A stretch of 64,000 nucleotides of DNA from Candidatus Woesearchaeota archaeon (lineage in GTDB: Archaea; Nanobdellota; Nanobdellia; Pacearchaeales; GW2011-AR1), in NCBI GenBank assembly GCA_964601175.1, contig CAZRMJ010000002.1:5842-69841 (forward strand), read 5' to 3'. How positions within the stretch are numbered: position 1 is the first letter of the stretch; the number at the start of each line of letters is the position of its first letter. The translations under genes were made by a program, and so were the position numbers. The notes below the pieces were generated by a model, which made no database searches, was not told where the DNA came from, and saw only the letters and a list, made by a program, of their open reading frames with translations. Shown here piece by piece: positions 28,279 through 38,331 of the stretch.

Positions 28279-29817
28279 ATGGTTCAAAATTTATCTTGGA
28301 AAAAATGGAATAGAGGAGATCCCCACCTAATAAATCGTATTCAATGGGATAGTAAGGAAATTGATATGCTCCATAAAGTACTCGAGTCTGATTGGTTTGG
28401 ATATGGGCCTGTGAATGAACAGTTTGAGAAGGAATTTTCTAAATTTATTGGGGTGGATCATGTTAACTTAACCAATAGTGGTTCTTCCGCAATTCAGGTT
28501 GCAATTGAGAGCCTCATGAAGCTTGGAAGGTTAAAACCAGGAGATTATGTCTTACATCCCATAACAACTTTTCAAACGAGTATTTCTTCTGCTTCATTTT
28601 TGGGGCTCATCCCTGTGTTCATAGAGACTAAACCAAATACTTATGTTGTGGACCCAAAACAGGTTGAAGATGCTATCGAGAAGATCCCTGAAATAAAGGG
28701 GTTAATACTCCCTCATCTTCTAGGAAATATACCTGATATGAAAAGAATAATAAAAGCCCTTAATGGAAGAGTTCTGATTGAAGACTGTTGCGATACGTTG
28801 GGGGGTTATTACGAAGGAAGGCATGTGGGTTCTTTTGGAGACTATGCTGCATATAGTTTCTATGGATCTCACCATATAACCACTGCAGGAGTTGGAGGAG
28901 CAATAGCAACTAAAGATAAAGAATTCGCGGAAATATCTAAGAGTTTAATTTTTTGGGGGAGAGATTTTGAAAATAGTCAAGGATTCCTTAATAGATATAC
29001 TTACTTAACACAAGGAACTGATAGTCAAATGAGTGCGATTCAGGCAGCTTTTGGCCTTGGTCAAATTGAAAGACTTCCGAGATTTATTAGAGAGAGAAAA
29101 ATACAATTTAATGAAATAGATGAACTCTTTAGAAAGGTAGATTATTTCGAATTACCTGAAACCGTGCCTGGAGCGGATCCTAGTTGGTTTGCATACCCAT
29201 TCATAGTAAAAGAATCTGCCCCTTTTACTAGAGAACAATTTGCGGATTATTTGGCTAAAAATAAAGTTGAAGTTAGACCAATTATGTGCGGGAATATTCT
29301 CAAACAAAAACCTTGGAAAAAAGCAAAATATGTTCAATTTAATTCTACTAATCCCGTTGCAGATAAAATTGAGTCTAATGGTATGTTTATCCCTTGTTGG
29401 GGTATGAGTCCTGAACAAAAAGAAGATTATTATAAGATACTAACTGAATTTTTTGCATCCGTACAACCTAATTTCATTCAATCTTCACAAATTAAGATTA
29501 CCAAACTTGATCCTGTTGAAGTTGTTACTACTTTAGGCTATGCATTATCTGGAGATTTTATTAATGCACAGGAAAAAATTAGAGAAATTATTGAGAAAAG
29601 AGCAATCCCTTATACCCACCTAATTAAAGCAATTCAAACAGAGATTTGGAATTTGCCCATTGGTACTGAGATTAAGGTTAAACTTATAGAAGCGACTGGA
29701 GAAGTAGAATTCAGGATAAATAATGGAAGCGATCAATTTATTCAGCTGACATCTTTACTTTCTTCATTTGTCTTAGCCGGCCTTACCACCCAAAAAATAA
29801 ATCAATATTCTAGATAA
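28279..29817 (+). CDS. DegT/ColD-family PMP-dependent NDP-4-keto-6-deoxyhexose 3-dehydratase-like enzyme, with extra ~120-aa C-terminal domain
   Basis: The N-terminus (WDSKEIDMLHKVLESDWFGYGPVNEQFEKEFSKFIG) and the active-site block YSFYGSHHITTAGVGG align with ColD/E1 dehydratases (SFYSHHIATMEGG). His occupies the position of the usual PLP-Lys. Confidence 0.7.
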   Translation: MVQNLSWKKWNRGDPHLINRIQWDSKEIDMLHKVLESDWFGYGPVNEQFEKEFSKFIGVDHVNLTNSGSSAIQVAIESLMKLGRLKPGDYVLHPITTFQTSISSASFLGLIPVFIETKPNTYVVDPKQVEDAIEKIPEIKGLILPHLLGNIPDMKRIIKALNGRVLIEDCCDTLGGYYEGRHVGSFGDYAAYSFYGSHHITTAGVGGAIATKDKEFAEISKSLIFWGRDFENSQGFLNRYTYLTQGTDSQMSAIQAAFGLGQIERLPRFIRERKIQFNEIDELFRKVDYFELPETVPGADPSWFAYPFIVKESAPFTREQFADYLAKNKVEVRPIMCGNILKQKPWKKAKYVQFNSTNPVADKIESNGMFIPCWGMSPEQKEDYYKILTEFFASVQPNFIQSSQIKITKLDPVEVVTTLGYALSGDFINAQEKIREIIEKRAIPYTHLIKAIQTEIWNLPIGTEIKVKLIEATGEVEFRINNGSDQFIQLTSLLSSFVLAGLTTQKINQYSR

Positions 29818-29847
29818 ACTTAAATAAGAGCCTTTTTCTATGAGCTT

Positions 29848-30786
29848 ATGAAAAAAATACTAATCACAGGAGGATTGGGATTTATAGGAAGCCATCTTGC
29901 AAGAGAAGCTGTAAAGAAGGGATTTGATGTAACTATTTTATCTATTTCGGATAAAAAATTGAACAATATTGAAGATTTTAAGGATAAAGTAAAGCTAATC
30001 ATAAAAGATATAAAAAATATATCTGCAGAAGATGTTGCAGATAAAGATCAGATATACCATCTTGCAAGCACAGTAGATAACTATGCAGTTAAAGAAGGCA
30101 GACCTTATGAAGACATAGAAATTAATTGCGTGGGTACTATTTCGCTTTTAGAAGCTTGTAAAAATTTTAATCCTGCGGCTAAAATCTTCCTTGCTAGTAC
30201 ATTCTTTGTTAATGGAAATGTTGATAAAATCCCTGTTGGTCCCAGTGCTCCATGCAACCCTCTTGGATTATATGGAGCTACGCGCCTTGCTGCAGAGCAT
30301 TTTTTTCACATATATCATAAAGTATTTGGATTAAATGTTGTTATTGCCAGATTCACCAATGTCTTTGGAGATTATGAGCAAGGGTCTAACAAAAAGAAAG
30401 CTGGTTTCAATTATATGATAAATCAAGCAGTAATCGGAGAAGAGCTACACCTTTATAATAATGGAGACTTCTTTAGAGATTATATCTATGTGGATGATGT
30501 AGTTAGTGCTTGCATGATTATAATGGATAAAGGAGAAACTGATAAAATATATTATGTTGGTAGAGGAGAATTTGTCAAATTTAAGGTATTAATAGACATT
30601 ATCAAAAACAATATTCCTTCATTAAAAGTTAAAGCGATCATGCCACCTGATTTTCATAAACAGGTAGGAATAATAGATTTTGTATGTGACAACTCAGAGT
30701 TAATTAAACTAGGTTGGAGACCACAAGTATCCTTAGAAGAAGGAATTAAGAAGACAATAGAATTTTATCAAAGCCGTAAAACATAG
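29848..30786 (+). CDS. NAD-dependent epimerase/dehydratase (extended SDR) family protein
   Basis: 312 aa; MKKILITGGLGFIGSHLA Rossmann motif and YxxxK-type catalytic region. Confidence 0.75.
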   Translation: MKKILITGGLGFIGSHLAREAVKKGFDVTILSISDKKLNNIEDFKDKVKLIIKDIKNISAEDVADKDQIYHLASTVDNYAVKEGRPYEDIEINCVGTISLLEACKNFNPAAKIFLASTFFVNGNVDKIPVGPSAPCNPLGLYGATRLAAEHFFHIYHKVFGLNVVIARFTNVFGDYEQGSNKKKAGFNYMINQAVIGEELHLYNNGDFFRDYIYVDDVVSACMIIMDKGETDKIYYVGRGEFVKFKVLIDIIKNNIPSLKVKAIMPPDFHKQVGIIDFVCDNSELIKLGWRPQVSLEEGIKKTIEFYQSRKT

Positions 30787-30814
30787 ATTTATTAATCGTT
30801 TTTTATCTTAAATT

Positions 30815-31627
30815 TTGATGGATGTTTCTATCATAGTGCCTGCATATAATCCGAATAAAGATATACTGGATATGTTGACTGAATCGGTTAAATCTCAAAA
30901 ATTTTCTGGAAAAGTTGAATTTATTATAGTAGATGAAAAAAAAGGATTCTCTACTCAGATAAATATTGGAATAAGAAAAGCAAAATACGGGATAGTAGTT
31001 GAACTTCCTCAGGATTGTGTGCCTAAAAATGAAAATTGGTTAGAAAATTTAGTTTCTCCATTTAAAGATAAAAAAGTCGTTGCATCCGTATCTAGAATAG
31101 AATATCCTAAGGAATATTGGGATAATTTTAGTTACCTTACTAAAGGAATCATGATAAAAGAAAAGGGCGTTATTACTTCTTCCCTTGATGGAAAAGGTGG
31201 CGCTTACAGGAAGAGCACTATTGAATCCATCGGAATGTTTGACGAAAAGAAATTTTTATCTGCGGGAGAAGATTACGACACCTACATAAAAATAAAGGAT
31301 AAGGGGATTATTGCTTATCCTGCTGGGGCTCAGATAGTCCATTACCACCCTACTAATTTTTTGCAGAGATTAAGAAAACATTACCAATATGCTAATGGAT
31401 ATGGAGCATTAGTCAAGATACATGGAAAAAATATGACTAAGTGGTGGGCAGGAATTTTAAAAGCAATACCTTTGTTTGGCCTGATAACGTATCCTATAAG
31501 TTATCCTTGGAAAAAAGGAGGCATTTCAATATTCCCTGCATATATTGCCGCATCTATAATGGATCATTTTTATTATGTCCCTGGATTCTGGAAAGGCTAT
31601 GTAAATGGTAAACAAACCGTAAGATAA
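30815..31627 (+). CDS. GT2 glycosyltransferase
   Basis: VSIIVPAYNPNKDILDMLTESVKSQ...FIIVDE is GT-A. Confidence 0.75.
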   Translation: MMDVSIIVPAYNPNKDILDMLTESVKSQKFSGKVEFIIVDEKKGFSTQINIGIRKAKYGIVVELPQDCVPKNENWLENLVSPFKDKKVVASVSRIEYPKEYWDNFSYLTKGIMIKEKGVITSSLDGKGGAYRKSTIESIGMFDEKKFLSAGEDYDTYIKIKDKGIIAYPAGAQIVHYHPTNFLQRLRKHYQYANGYGALVKIHGKNMTKWWAGILKAIPLFGLITYPISYPWKKGGISIFPAYIAASIMDHFYYVPGFWKGYVNGKQTVR

Positions 31628-31628
31628 A

Positions 31629-32147
31629 ATGAAAAAACTTCACATAGGTTGCGGGAAAGATATTAAAAAAGGATTTATCAATTTAGATTCGGTTAAATTG
31701 CCTGGGGTTGACGTAGTCCATAATCTCAATAAATATCCTTGGCCATTTAAGAAAGATCATTTTGATTATGTCTATGCATCTCATGTATTGGAGCATCTAA
31801 ACAGCATCATTGATCCAATGGAAGAGATTTGGAGAATAACTAAACCAGGTGCAAAAATATCAATAGAAGTTCCAATCTTTCCGAGCATAGGATCTGTTGC
31901 AGATCCTACGCATAAAGTTTTTTACACTTATTTGACTTTTGATTATTTTAGGCCGGAAGATGGACTCAATTATTACTCTAAGGCTAGATTTAAGATATTG
32001 TCAAAAAAAATTATTTTTCAAAAACCATTTTTTTTATTTGAATGGATTTTTAATATAAGTAGCAAGATGCAAAAATTTTATGCATTGTATTTATCTTTTA
32101 TTATTCCGGCATTTGCATTAAAAATTGAGCTTAAAACGTTAAAATGA
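31629..32147 (+). CDS. SAM-dependent methyltransferase (type 11)
   Basis: ...DYVYASHVLEHLNSIIDPMEEIWRITKPGAKISIEVP. Confidence 0.7.
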   Translation: MKKLHIGCGKDIKKGFINLDSVKLPGVDVVHNLNKYPWPFKKDHFDYVYASHVLEHLNSIIDPMEEIWRITKPGAKISIEVPIFPSIGSVADPTHKVFYTYLTFDYFRPEDGLNYYSKARFKILSKKIIFQKPFFLFEWIFNISSKMQKFYALYLSFIIPAFALKIELKTLK

Positions 32148-33106
32148 GATACTCATTAAAAGATATATCTGTAATAATTGCTACGTATAATCGTGAAAAA
32201 GATCTTGAGATCACAATAAAGTCTTTTGAGAAAAATATCTCCAAAATATGCGAGTTGATAATTGTAGATCAAAGCACAAACGATAAAACAAAAAACTTAT
32301 TTAATAAAAATAAAAATCCGAAAATAAAATACCTTTATTCTAAAAAACCGTCTTTGACTCTGGCAAGAAATTTTGGAATAAAGAAATCTTCTAAAAACTC
32401 TAAAATTTTGATATTTTTAGATGATGATGTCTCACTATCAAAAGACTATTTTGACAAAATAATTGAAGTTTTTAATAAATTTGATTATGCGGTCGGAGTC
32501 TCTGGATATTACCTTCCTAAAATTAGGATTGAAAAATTTGAAAATATGTTTAGAAAATTATTTCTAATAGAAAATTATGGAATTAATACTGCTAAAGTAT
32601 ATTCTCCATTCGGAGCACAATACCCCTCTAAATTGAATAAAATCATAAATGCTTCTTGGATTCCGGGGTTTAACATGGCCTATAAGAAAGAATCAATTAA
32701 AAATCAATTCTTTGATGAAAACTTTTTTAGATATGGGCTTGCCGAAGATTTTGAATTTAGCACCAGGTTAAACAAAATATATCCTGGAGGTTTATTCATT
32801 ACTCCTTATGCAAAAATAATTCATAGAGTATCAGATGTTGAAAGAATGCCCAAACCAAAACTAATTTATATGAATCAGGTAAATCACTTATACATACAGG
32901 CTAAAAATTTAAATGATTTTAGGGGGATAGTCTCTTTGGGTTTAGTTCTTTTTTCAATTTCAGCGCTACATATTTTGAAGTCCCTACTAAGACCAAATAA
33001 ACAAAATCTTCTCAAAATGAAGATTTATTTTAAAGCAGTTTATTATTGTTTCAAAAGATTACACTTAATAAGAAAAGGATTTTTAGATTTGCCCCAAAAA
33101 ATTTAG
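32144..33106 (+). CDS. GT2 glycosyltransferase
   Basis: ISVIIATYNREKDLEITIKSF...LIIVDQSTND...FLDDD. Confidence 0.75.
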   Translation: MRYSLKDISVIIATYNREKDLEITIKSFEKNISKICELIIVDQSTNDKTKNLFNKNKNPKIKYLYSKKPSLTLARNFGIKKSSKNSKILIFLDDDVSLSKDYFDKIIEVFNKFDYAVGVSGYYLPKIRIEKFENMFRKLFLIENYGINTAKVYSPFGAQYPSKLNKIINASWIPGFNMAYKKESIKNQFFDENFFRYGLAEDFEFSTRLNKIYPGGLFITPYAKIIHRVSDVERMPKPKLIYMNQVNHLYIQAKNLNDFRGIVSLGLVLFSISALHILKSLLRPNKQNLLKMKIYFKAVYYCFKRLHLIRKGFLDLPQKI

Positions 33107-33853
33107 TTATTTTATTGCTTCCACAGTGTAACCCATAGTCCATTCTTTATTTCTGTCTAAAAAATCCAGACTTGAAAGAACTAAGGGAAAAATTATTTGT
33201 GTAAATGGAAATCCAATTATTTTTAGAGGATATGAAATAATCTTGGGAGCTTTATTATTCAAAAGTCCATTAAACTTAATCATGTCTGCTAGTGCTGAAA
33301 AATAACCCCCCATTGGAGAAACTTTGAACTTTTTGAATCCTGATTTTTTTAATAGGCTCTCTAAGCCATATTTGGTAAAATAGAAGAAGTTGTATGGTGC
33401 TTGATGAATCATAAATTGTTGAGGGGTGGTTAAAAAAAGTTTTCCATTTGGTTTTAAGATTCTATAAAATTCATTTATTACATTTTCAGGATTTTCAACA
33501 TGCTCAAGAACTTCAGTAGAAATTACCGAATCATAATAACTTGATTTCTTAGGAATCTTTTCTAAATTGCATACAAAATCCAGAATTTTATGTGGGTCGC
33601 TAAAATCAGTGGCTTCGTATTTTGCGTGGTTAAAAAATTTCTTATATGGGCACGGTCCAGCTCCTGCATCTAAAACTTTTGAGTTTTGAATAATTTTTTT
33701 ACTAGATATTCGAACAAATAATTCAATATATTTTCTTCTTGGATTTGTATATAACCTTAAGTTTTTAGGAAATATATCGATTATGGACTGCAACCATATA
33801 GGCCTTCCAGTAATTATATTTCTTCGAGACATATTATTAGCAAGTAATGACAT
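33107..33853 (-). CDS. Class I SAM-dependent methyltransferase
   Basis: VLDAGAGPCPY (motif I) ... ISTEVLEHVENPENVINEFYRILKPNGKLFLTTP. Confidence 0.75.
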   Translation of the reverse strand: MSLLANNMSRRNIITGRPIWLQSIIDIFPKNLRLYTNPRRKYIELFVRISSKKIIQNSKVLDAGAGPCPYKKFFNHAKYEATDFSDPHKILDFVCNLEKIPKKSSYYDSVISTEVLEHVENPENVINEFYRILKPNGKLFLTTPQQFMIHQAPYNFFYFTKYGLESLLKKSGFKKFKVSPMGGYFSALADMIKFNGLLNNKAPKIISYPLKIIGFPFTQIIFPLVLSSLDFLDRNKEWTMGYTVEAIK

Positions 33854-35436
33854 ATTTAAATATGATCTTACTAGTTATGGCAATGGATAAAGAAGCTGAA
33901 CTAAATAGCACATTAAGAACAGTAGTTAAAAGCTCATTTTTAGTATTCTTTTCGATAATACTCTCTAAATTGTTAAGTTATGCTTATAGAATAATTATAG
34001 CGAATCGTTATGGTTCTGAGTCTTATGGTAGATTTTCATTGTCATTAGTAGTTGTGGGCATAATTATAGCTATTGCTTCTTTTGGATTGCACGATGGATT
34101 ACTTAGATACATTTCATTCTATAGGGGGAAAAAAGAATTTGGAAAGATAAGATTTATCATAAATAAATCTATGAAAATTCTTCTTTTTACGAGCATAATA
34201 TCTTTCATAGGATTATATTATCTATCAGAAATTATCTCTACAAGAATCTTCCATGATTCTTCATTGACCCATTATTTGAAGTTTATTAGTTTAGTTCTTC
34301 CATTTAGCATATTCGCAGGGGCTTTTCTCGCAATAATAAGAGCTTTCGAAAAAGTTGGAACATATTCATTTTTAGTCAATTTTTTACACAATTTCTTTAA
34401 AGTTTTATTACTTGTTTTAGCTATTTTTATAGGGATTGGAGAAAACAGCATAGTTCTTTCATATATCTTGTCTTATGCACTTTTGCTTTTTGCAGCATAT
34501 TTATTTTTTGTAGCTTATGTTAAAAATAAGTATTTGTCAAAAAAAGATATTACCACTAAAGAGAAAAGCAAAATATCTTTAGAACTTTTGAATTATTCTT
34601 GGCCAGTTATATTTTCAGGAATATTTTTTAGCCTCTTCTTCTGGATAGACACATTAGTTTTAGGATCAAACCTTGATGCTGCAAGCGTAGGAATTTATTC
34701 TGCAGCAGTATTGCTTGTTGGCCTATTCAGTTTTGCTCAAGATTTGTTTATCCAACTATTTGTACCACTTATATCTAGAAACTTATCAATTGGTAATAAA
34801 GAAGTAATAAAAGAAGTTTCCAAGCAAGTTTTCAAATGGGTCTTTATAATTAATATTTTCATTTCGCTGCCATTAATTATTTTTCCTGAAAAGATAATTA
34901 GCCTATTCTTTAAGGGGGAATTTATCGCTGCATCTACCGCACTTAGAATTCTTTCTATCGGAGCAATATTATCTGGGTTTATAGGCCTTTTAACAGGGCT
35001 AATAAATGCTATTGGAAGAACTAAAAGAGTATTTGTTTACTATATGATATTTTCGGCTATAAATTTTGTAATTGATGTTTTATTTGTAAGAAAATATGGG
35101 TTAGAAGGTGTGGCGCTTGGAACTAGCATAACTTGGATATTATTTACCCTTACACTTTATATAGAAGTTAGAAAGTTGTATGGATTTTACCCAATTAGAA
35201 GAGCTTTTGCTAAAATAGCACTTGCAGGCATTACCTCAGGATTATTACTTTGGACAATAGGCATTAGATTTATTTCAGGAAGAGTATCTACAATAATGGT
35301 CCTTTTTGTGTTTGGGTTAGTTTACCTAGCTCTAATTGGAGTGCTTAGAGTTTTAGACTATAGGGACATGGACATAATAAAAGTAATGAAAAATAAAATT
35401 CTTTCCTCGAAAATGAATTTTGGAAAAAATGATTAA
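33847..35436 (+). CDS. Polysaccharide biosynthesis protein / Wzx-like flippase (MOP superfamily)
   Basis: 529 aa, ~14 TM. The start may be at an internal ATG (~33877-33883) to avoid overlap with the upstream minus-strand gene. Confidence 0.65.
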   Translation: MTYLNMILLVMAMDKEAELNSTLRTVVKSSFLVFFSIILSKLLSYAYRIIIANRYGSESYGRFSLSLVVVGIIIAIASFGLHDGLLRYISFYRGKKEFGKIRFIINKSMKILLFTSIISFIGLYYLSEIISTRIFHDSSLTHYLKFISLVLPFSIFAGAFLAIIRAFEKVGTYSFLVNFLHNFFKVLLLVLAIFIGIGENSIVLSYILSYALLLFAAYLFFVAYVKNKYLSKKDITTKEKSKISLELLNYSWPVIFSGIFFSLFFWIDTLVLGSNLDAASVGIYSAAVLLVGLFSFAQDLFIQLFVPLISRNLSIGNKEVIKEVSKQVFKWVFIINIFISLPLIIFPEKIISLFFKGEFIAASTALRILSIGAILSGFIGLLTGLINAIGRTKRVFVYYMIFSAINFVIDVLFVRKYGLEGVALGTSITWILFTLTLYIEVRKLYGFYPIRRAFAKIALAGITSGLLLWTIGIRFISGRVSTIMVLFVFGLVYLALIGVLRVLDYRDMDIIKVMKNKILSSKMNFGKND

Positions 35437-35473
35437 AAGAAAAACTTATAAATTGTATATTTAGTGAGATTTT

Positions 35474-36217
35474 ATGAGATATAATGTTCTTGTTACCGGA
35501 TCTAGTGGAAGACTTGGAAATTCGTTGATTTCTAACAAATCAGATAATTTAGCTTTTTTGACTCCTTCGAGAGAAGAACTCGATATTACTAATAAATCTA
35601 ATGTAATGAATTATTTTAAAAAAAACAAAATTGATGCAGTTATTCATTGTGCTGCACTTACTGACATGAAATTGTGTGAAACGAATCCTAATCTTGCAAT
35701 AGAAACCAATTCTTCTGGAACTGCTTATCTTGTTGAAGTTTGCAATAACTCCAAAATAAGATTCATATACATTTCTACAGATTATGTTTATCCTTGTATT
35801 GATGGAAATTATGGTGAAAATTCTGAGGTTAAACCCTTTAATGTTTATGCATGGACAAAGTTTTTAGGTGAACTTTTTGTGATGAATGTTGAAAATCATT
35901 GCATCATTAGAACAAGCTTTTTTGACCCTAATAACATTCCTTTTGATACATCTTTCACAGATTCTTTTTGCTCAAAAATTCCAGTCCAAGAATTATCTAA
36001 TGAAATAATTAAAATTCTAGAAGGAAATTTTATCGGAACCATAAATGTTGGACAAGATCGAATTAGTTTATACGACCTATATAAAAAGCATAAACCTTCA
36101 ATAAAACCCGAATTACTTTCCGATTTGAAGAGTCCAATGAAAAGGGCAATTGATTCTTCATTAAATCTTAGAGTATTTAAAGAATTAAAGGCTGGAGGTT
36201 ATAAAAATGGCAATTGA
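35474..36217 (+). CDS. RmlD-like NAD(P)-dependent sugar-nucleotide reductase (short form)
   Basis: 247 aa; VLVTGSSGRLGNSL Rossmann; ...YISTDYVY. Confidence 0.6.
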   Translation: MRYNVLVTGSSGRLGNSLISNKSDNLAFLTPSREELDITNKSNVMNYFKKNKIDAVIHCAALTDMKLCETNPNLAIETNSSGTAYLVEVCNNSKIRFIYISTDYVYPCIDGNYGENSEVKPFNVYAWTKFLGELFVMNVENHCIIRTSFFDPNNIPFDTSFTDSFCSKIPVQELSNEIIKILEGNFIGTINVGQDRISLYDLYKKHKPSIKPELLSDLKSPMKRAIDSSLNLRVFKELKAGGYKNGN

Positions 36218-36588
36218 AGGAGTAATTTATGAAAAAGTTGGAGATCTTAGTAATAAAGAGGGTTCTAGAAGAATTACTACCATCATGTCTGGAAATAATG
36301 AATTTGATATTGGAGAAGTTAGATTAGTTCTAGTAGATAATAATGGGCTTCTTGGAGGACACTGGAGAGAATATCCTGAAGTGTGGGGATTTTTAGGTGA
36401 AGCTACTATTATATTGGAAGATATAGAAACTAAATAAAGAAAGGTTTATCAGGCAGAGAATGGCACTCGTATATTTATACCTGCGAGAGTCGCTTCTAAA
36501 ATTGAAGCATTTAGAGGTACCTCTATTGTGACTTGCTCACCTAAAAGTGATAGAGAAAGACAGACCCATAGATATGAATTTGTTTAGA
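36207..36588 (+). pseudogene. Cupin-fold sugar-modifying protein interrupted by an in-frame TAA at 36435-36437
   Basis: ORF 36207-36437 (76 aa, ...GGHWREYPEVWGFLGEATIILED) continues in the same frame after the TAA as RKVYQAENGTRIFIPARVASKIEAFRGTSIVTCSPKSDRERQTHRYEFV*. Together this is a ~126-aa cupin-like protein. Confidence 0.45.
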
Positions 36589-38262
36589 TTAATTATTTTT
36601 AAAAAAGAATCTTAAAATGTGATCTGAAATTCTAATCCATTTTTTATTTTTTGTTCTTTTTATAGAATTTACTAAGATATATTTTAAAATTTGAGGATTC
36701 ACAAAAATAGAATAAAATGCTAATTTGTATAAATAGGAGTCAGTAAATAATTTTTTTTGATTCCTTAGATTAACTAAATTCATTTCAAATAATCCAAATA
36801 AAATGTGGTCCGTTCCGACTACAGGTATTTTCTTTATTTTATGGGTTTTTATTAGAGGTATGGAGATAAATGAAGTGGTTTCTTTTTGAATATTAAATTC
36901 TTTTTTATACAATTGTTTAAATTTCTCAAAATTGGTTAATAGATAATCTTTTCTTACCATTAATTGAGACACATCAAGATTATCTTTAATATAAGAGCCA
37001 TTATTTTGAAGGTAATTATATGCATAATATAATGATAATGAAGCATAATCTCCTATGATTTTTGAGCTAAGTAAAAGATCACAAACTGATATTGGCTTTC
37101 CAATTAATTCCATTGAATAGATCTGCACATAATCCCTATAGGGTAAAATCTCATATCCTTTGTTTTTGAAACCAACATATTTGTAATCTGATATTTTTTT
37201 CTTTACATGCCCATATCCTTTTTTTAAATCATCTTGATCTAAATAAACCGGTTTTTCAGCAAGATATTTTCTGCTGATATTTCCATAGAGAGGTTTACGA
37301 TTTTTCTCTATTGCTTTGTAAGCTTCGGTTAGAAGACCAAGATTTGAAAAACGCTTGACTATTATTTTGTATGCGTTTTCGGCTATTTTTTCTCTCTCCT
37401 TTTCATTTTTTAAATAATAATTAATTTTTTTGTATAATTCATCTTCATTTTTAAATGAAGCAAAATCCTTTCCTTCCGTAAATTTTGAGAAATATCCTTC
37501 AACATATTCAGTTAATGCAAATGATTTGCATGCATTTACTGCAAGAGATCTTTCTAAAACATGAGGCACACTAAAAAAGTTTTGTGAGAAACATAAATTT
37601 ATTTTAGATTCATTGATTATTTTTACAATTTCCTCTTCTGGAATTTTGCCCAAATAATGATCTTTAAACTCTGGGTAATCATCCCACCCTGCGCCGCCTA
37701 AAACAAAATTTACTCCTTTTTTTAATAAAAACCTCATATATTTTAGTCTATCTCCTTTAGGAGTTCCAACAAATAAAACGTCGTACTTCTTTTTTACATT
37801 TAATGGCTTAAATTTACCTGTATCTGCGCCCAATAAATCAAACCAAGGTATTCCGTAAGAGTCATATCTTTTAGTAAATTGAAGTTGGCTAATAAATTGA
37901 TAGTCTATTGCGTAAGAATAAGGAATTGTATAATTATCAAATTTAATGTCGTCATCTCCATTCCAATGAGTCACTTTTACATTTGGAAGAATTTCTTTTA
38001 TTTTTATAAGCGTCTCGGGATAGAATTCATCCCAAACTAAGAATAGATGAATATAATCTGGCTTTTCTTTCTGGAGTAATTTGAGAAACTTCTCATTCAT
38101 TATTTTTTTACCGTGTTTGTAAGTTTCTTCTTGAGGATCAAAATTTATTACTTCTGAGAATATTTTTCTAAGAGGGATATTATAAGCTTGATTTATTATC
38201 CAATAAGGGTTGTTTATTGACCAACATGCCAATAACATTTTTTTATTTATTAGACTCATCAT
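36589..38262 (-). CDS. Putative glycosyltransferase, CgeB/DUF3880-like (GT-B related)
   Basis: 557 aa soluble protein with an ...VLFVGTPKGDRLKYMRFLLKKGVNFVLGGAGWDD... core resembling the CgeB-family glycosyltransferase domain; low-confidence family call. Confidence 0.45.
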   Translation of the reverse strand: MMSLINKKMLLACWSINNPYWIINQAYNIPLRKIFSEVINFDPQEETYKHGKKIMNEKFLKLLQKEKPDYIHLFLVWDEFYPETLIKIKEILPNVKVTHWNGDDDIKFDNYTIPYSYAIDYQFISQLQFTKRYDSYGIPWFDLLGADTGKFKPLNVKKKYDVLFVGTPKGDRLKYMRFLLKKGVNFVLGGAGWDDYPEFKDHYLGKIPEEEIVKIINESKINLCFSQNFFSVPHVLERSLAVNACKSFALTEYVEGYFSKFTEGKDFASFKNEDELYKKINYYLKNEKEREKIAENAYKIIVKRFSNLGLLTEAYKAIEKNRKPLYGNISRKYLAEKPVYLDQDDLKKGYGHVKKKISDYKYVGFKNKGYEILPYRDYVQIYSMELIGKPISVCDLLLSSKIIGDYASLSLYYAYNYLQNNGSYIKDNLDVSQLMVRKDYLLTNFEKFKQLYKKEFNIQKETTSFISIPLIKTHKIKKIPVVGTDHILFGLFEMNLVNLRNQKKLFTDSYLYKLAFYSIFVNPQILKYILVNSIKRTKNKKWIRISDHILRFFFKNN

Positions 38263-38331
38263 TTGCCAAGAAAATCTTGATTTAAAAACATTGTTGAATC
38301 TGTCAACAATCTTTATAAATCATTAAAATGC

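Noticed and set aside
36420-36445. Initial impression of a +1 frameshift joining the two cupin halves
   Set aside because: Base-by-base indexing shows the downstream segment is in the same frame. The interruption is a single in-frame TAA, not a frameshift.
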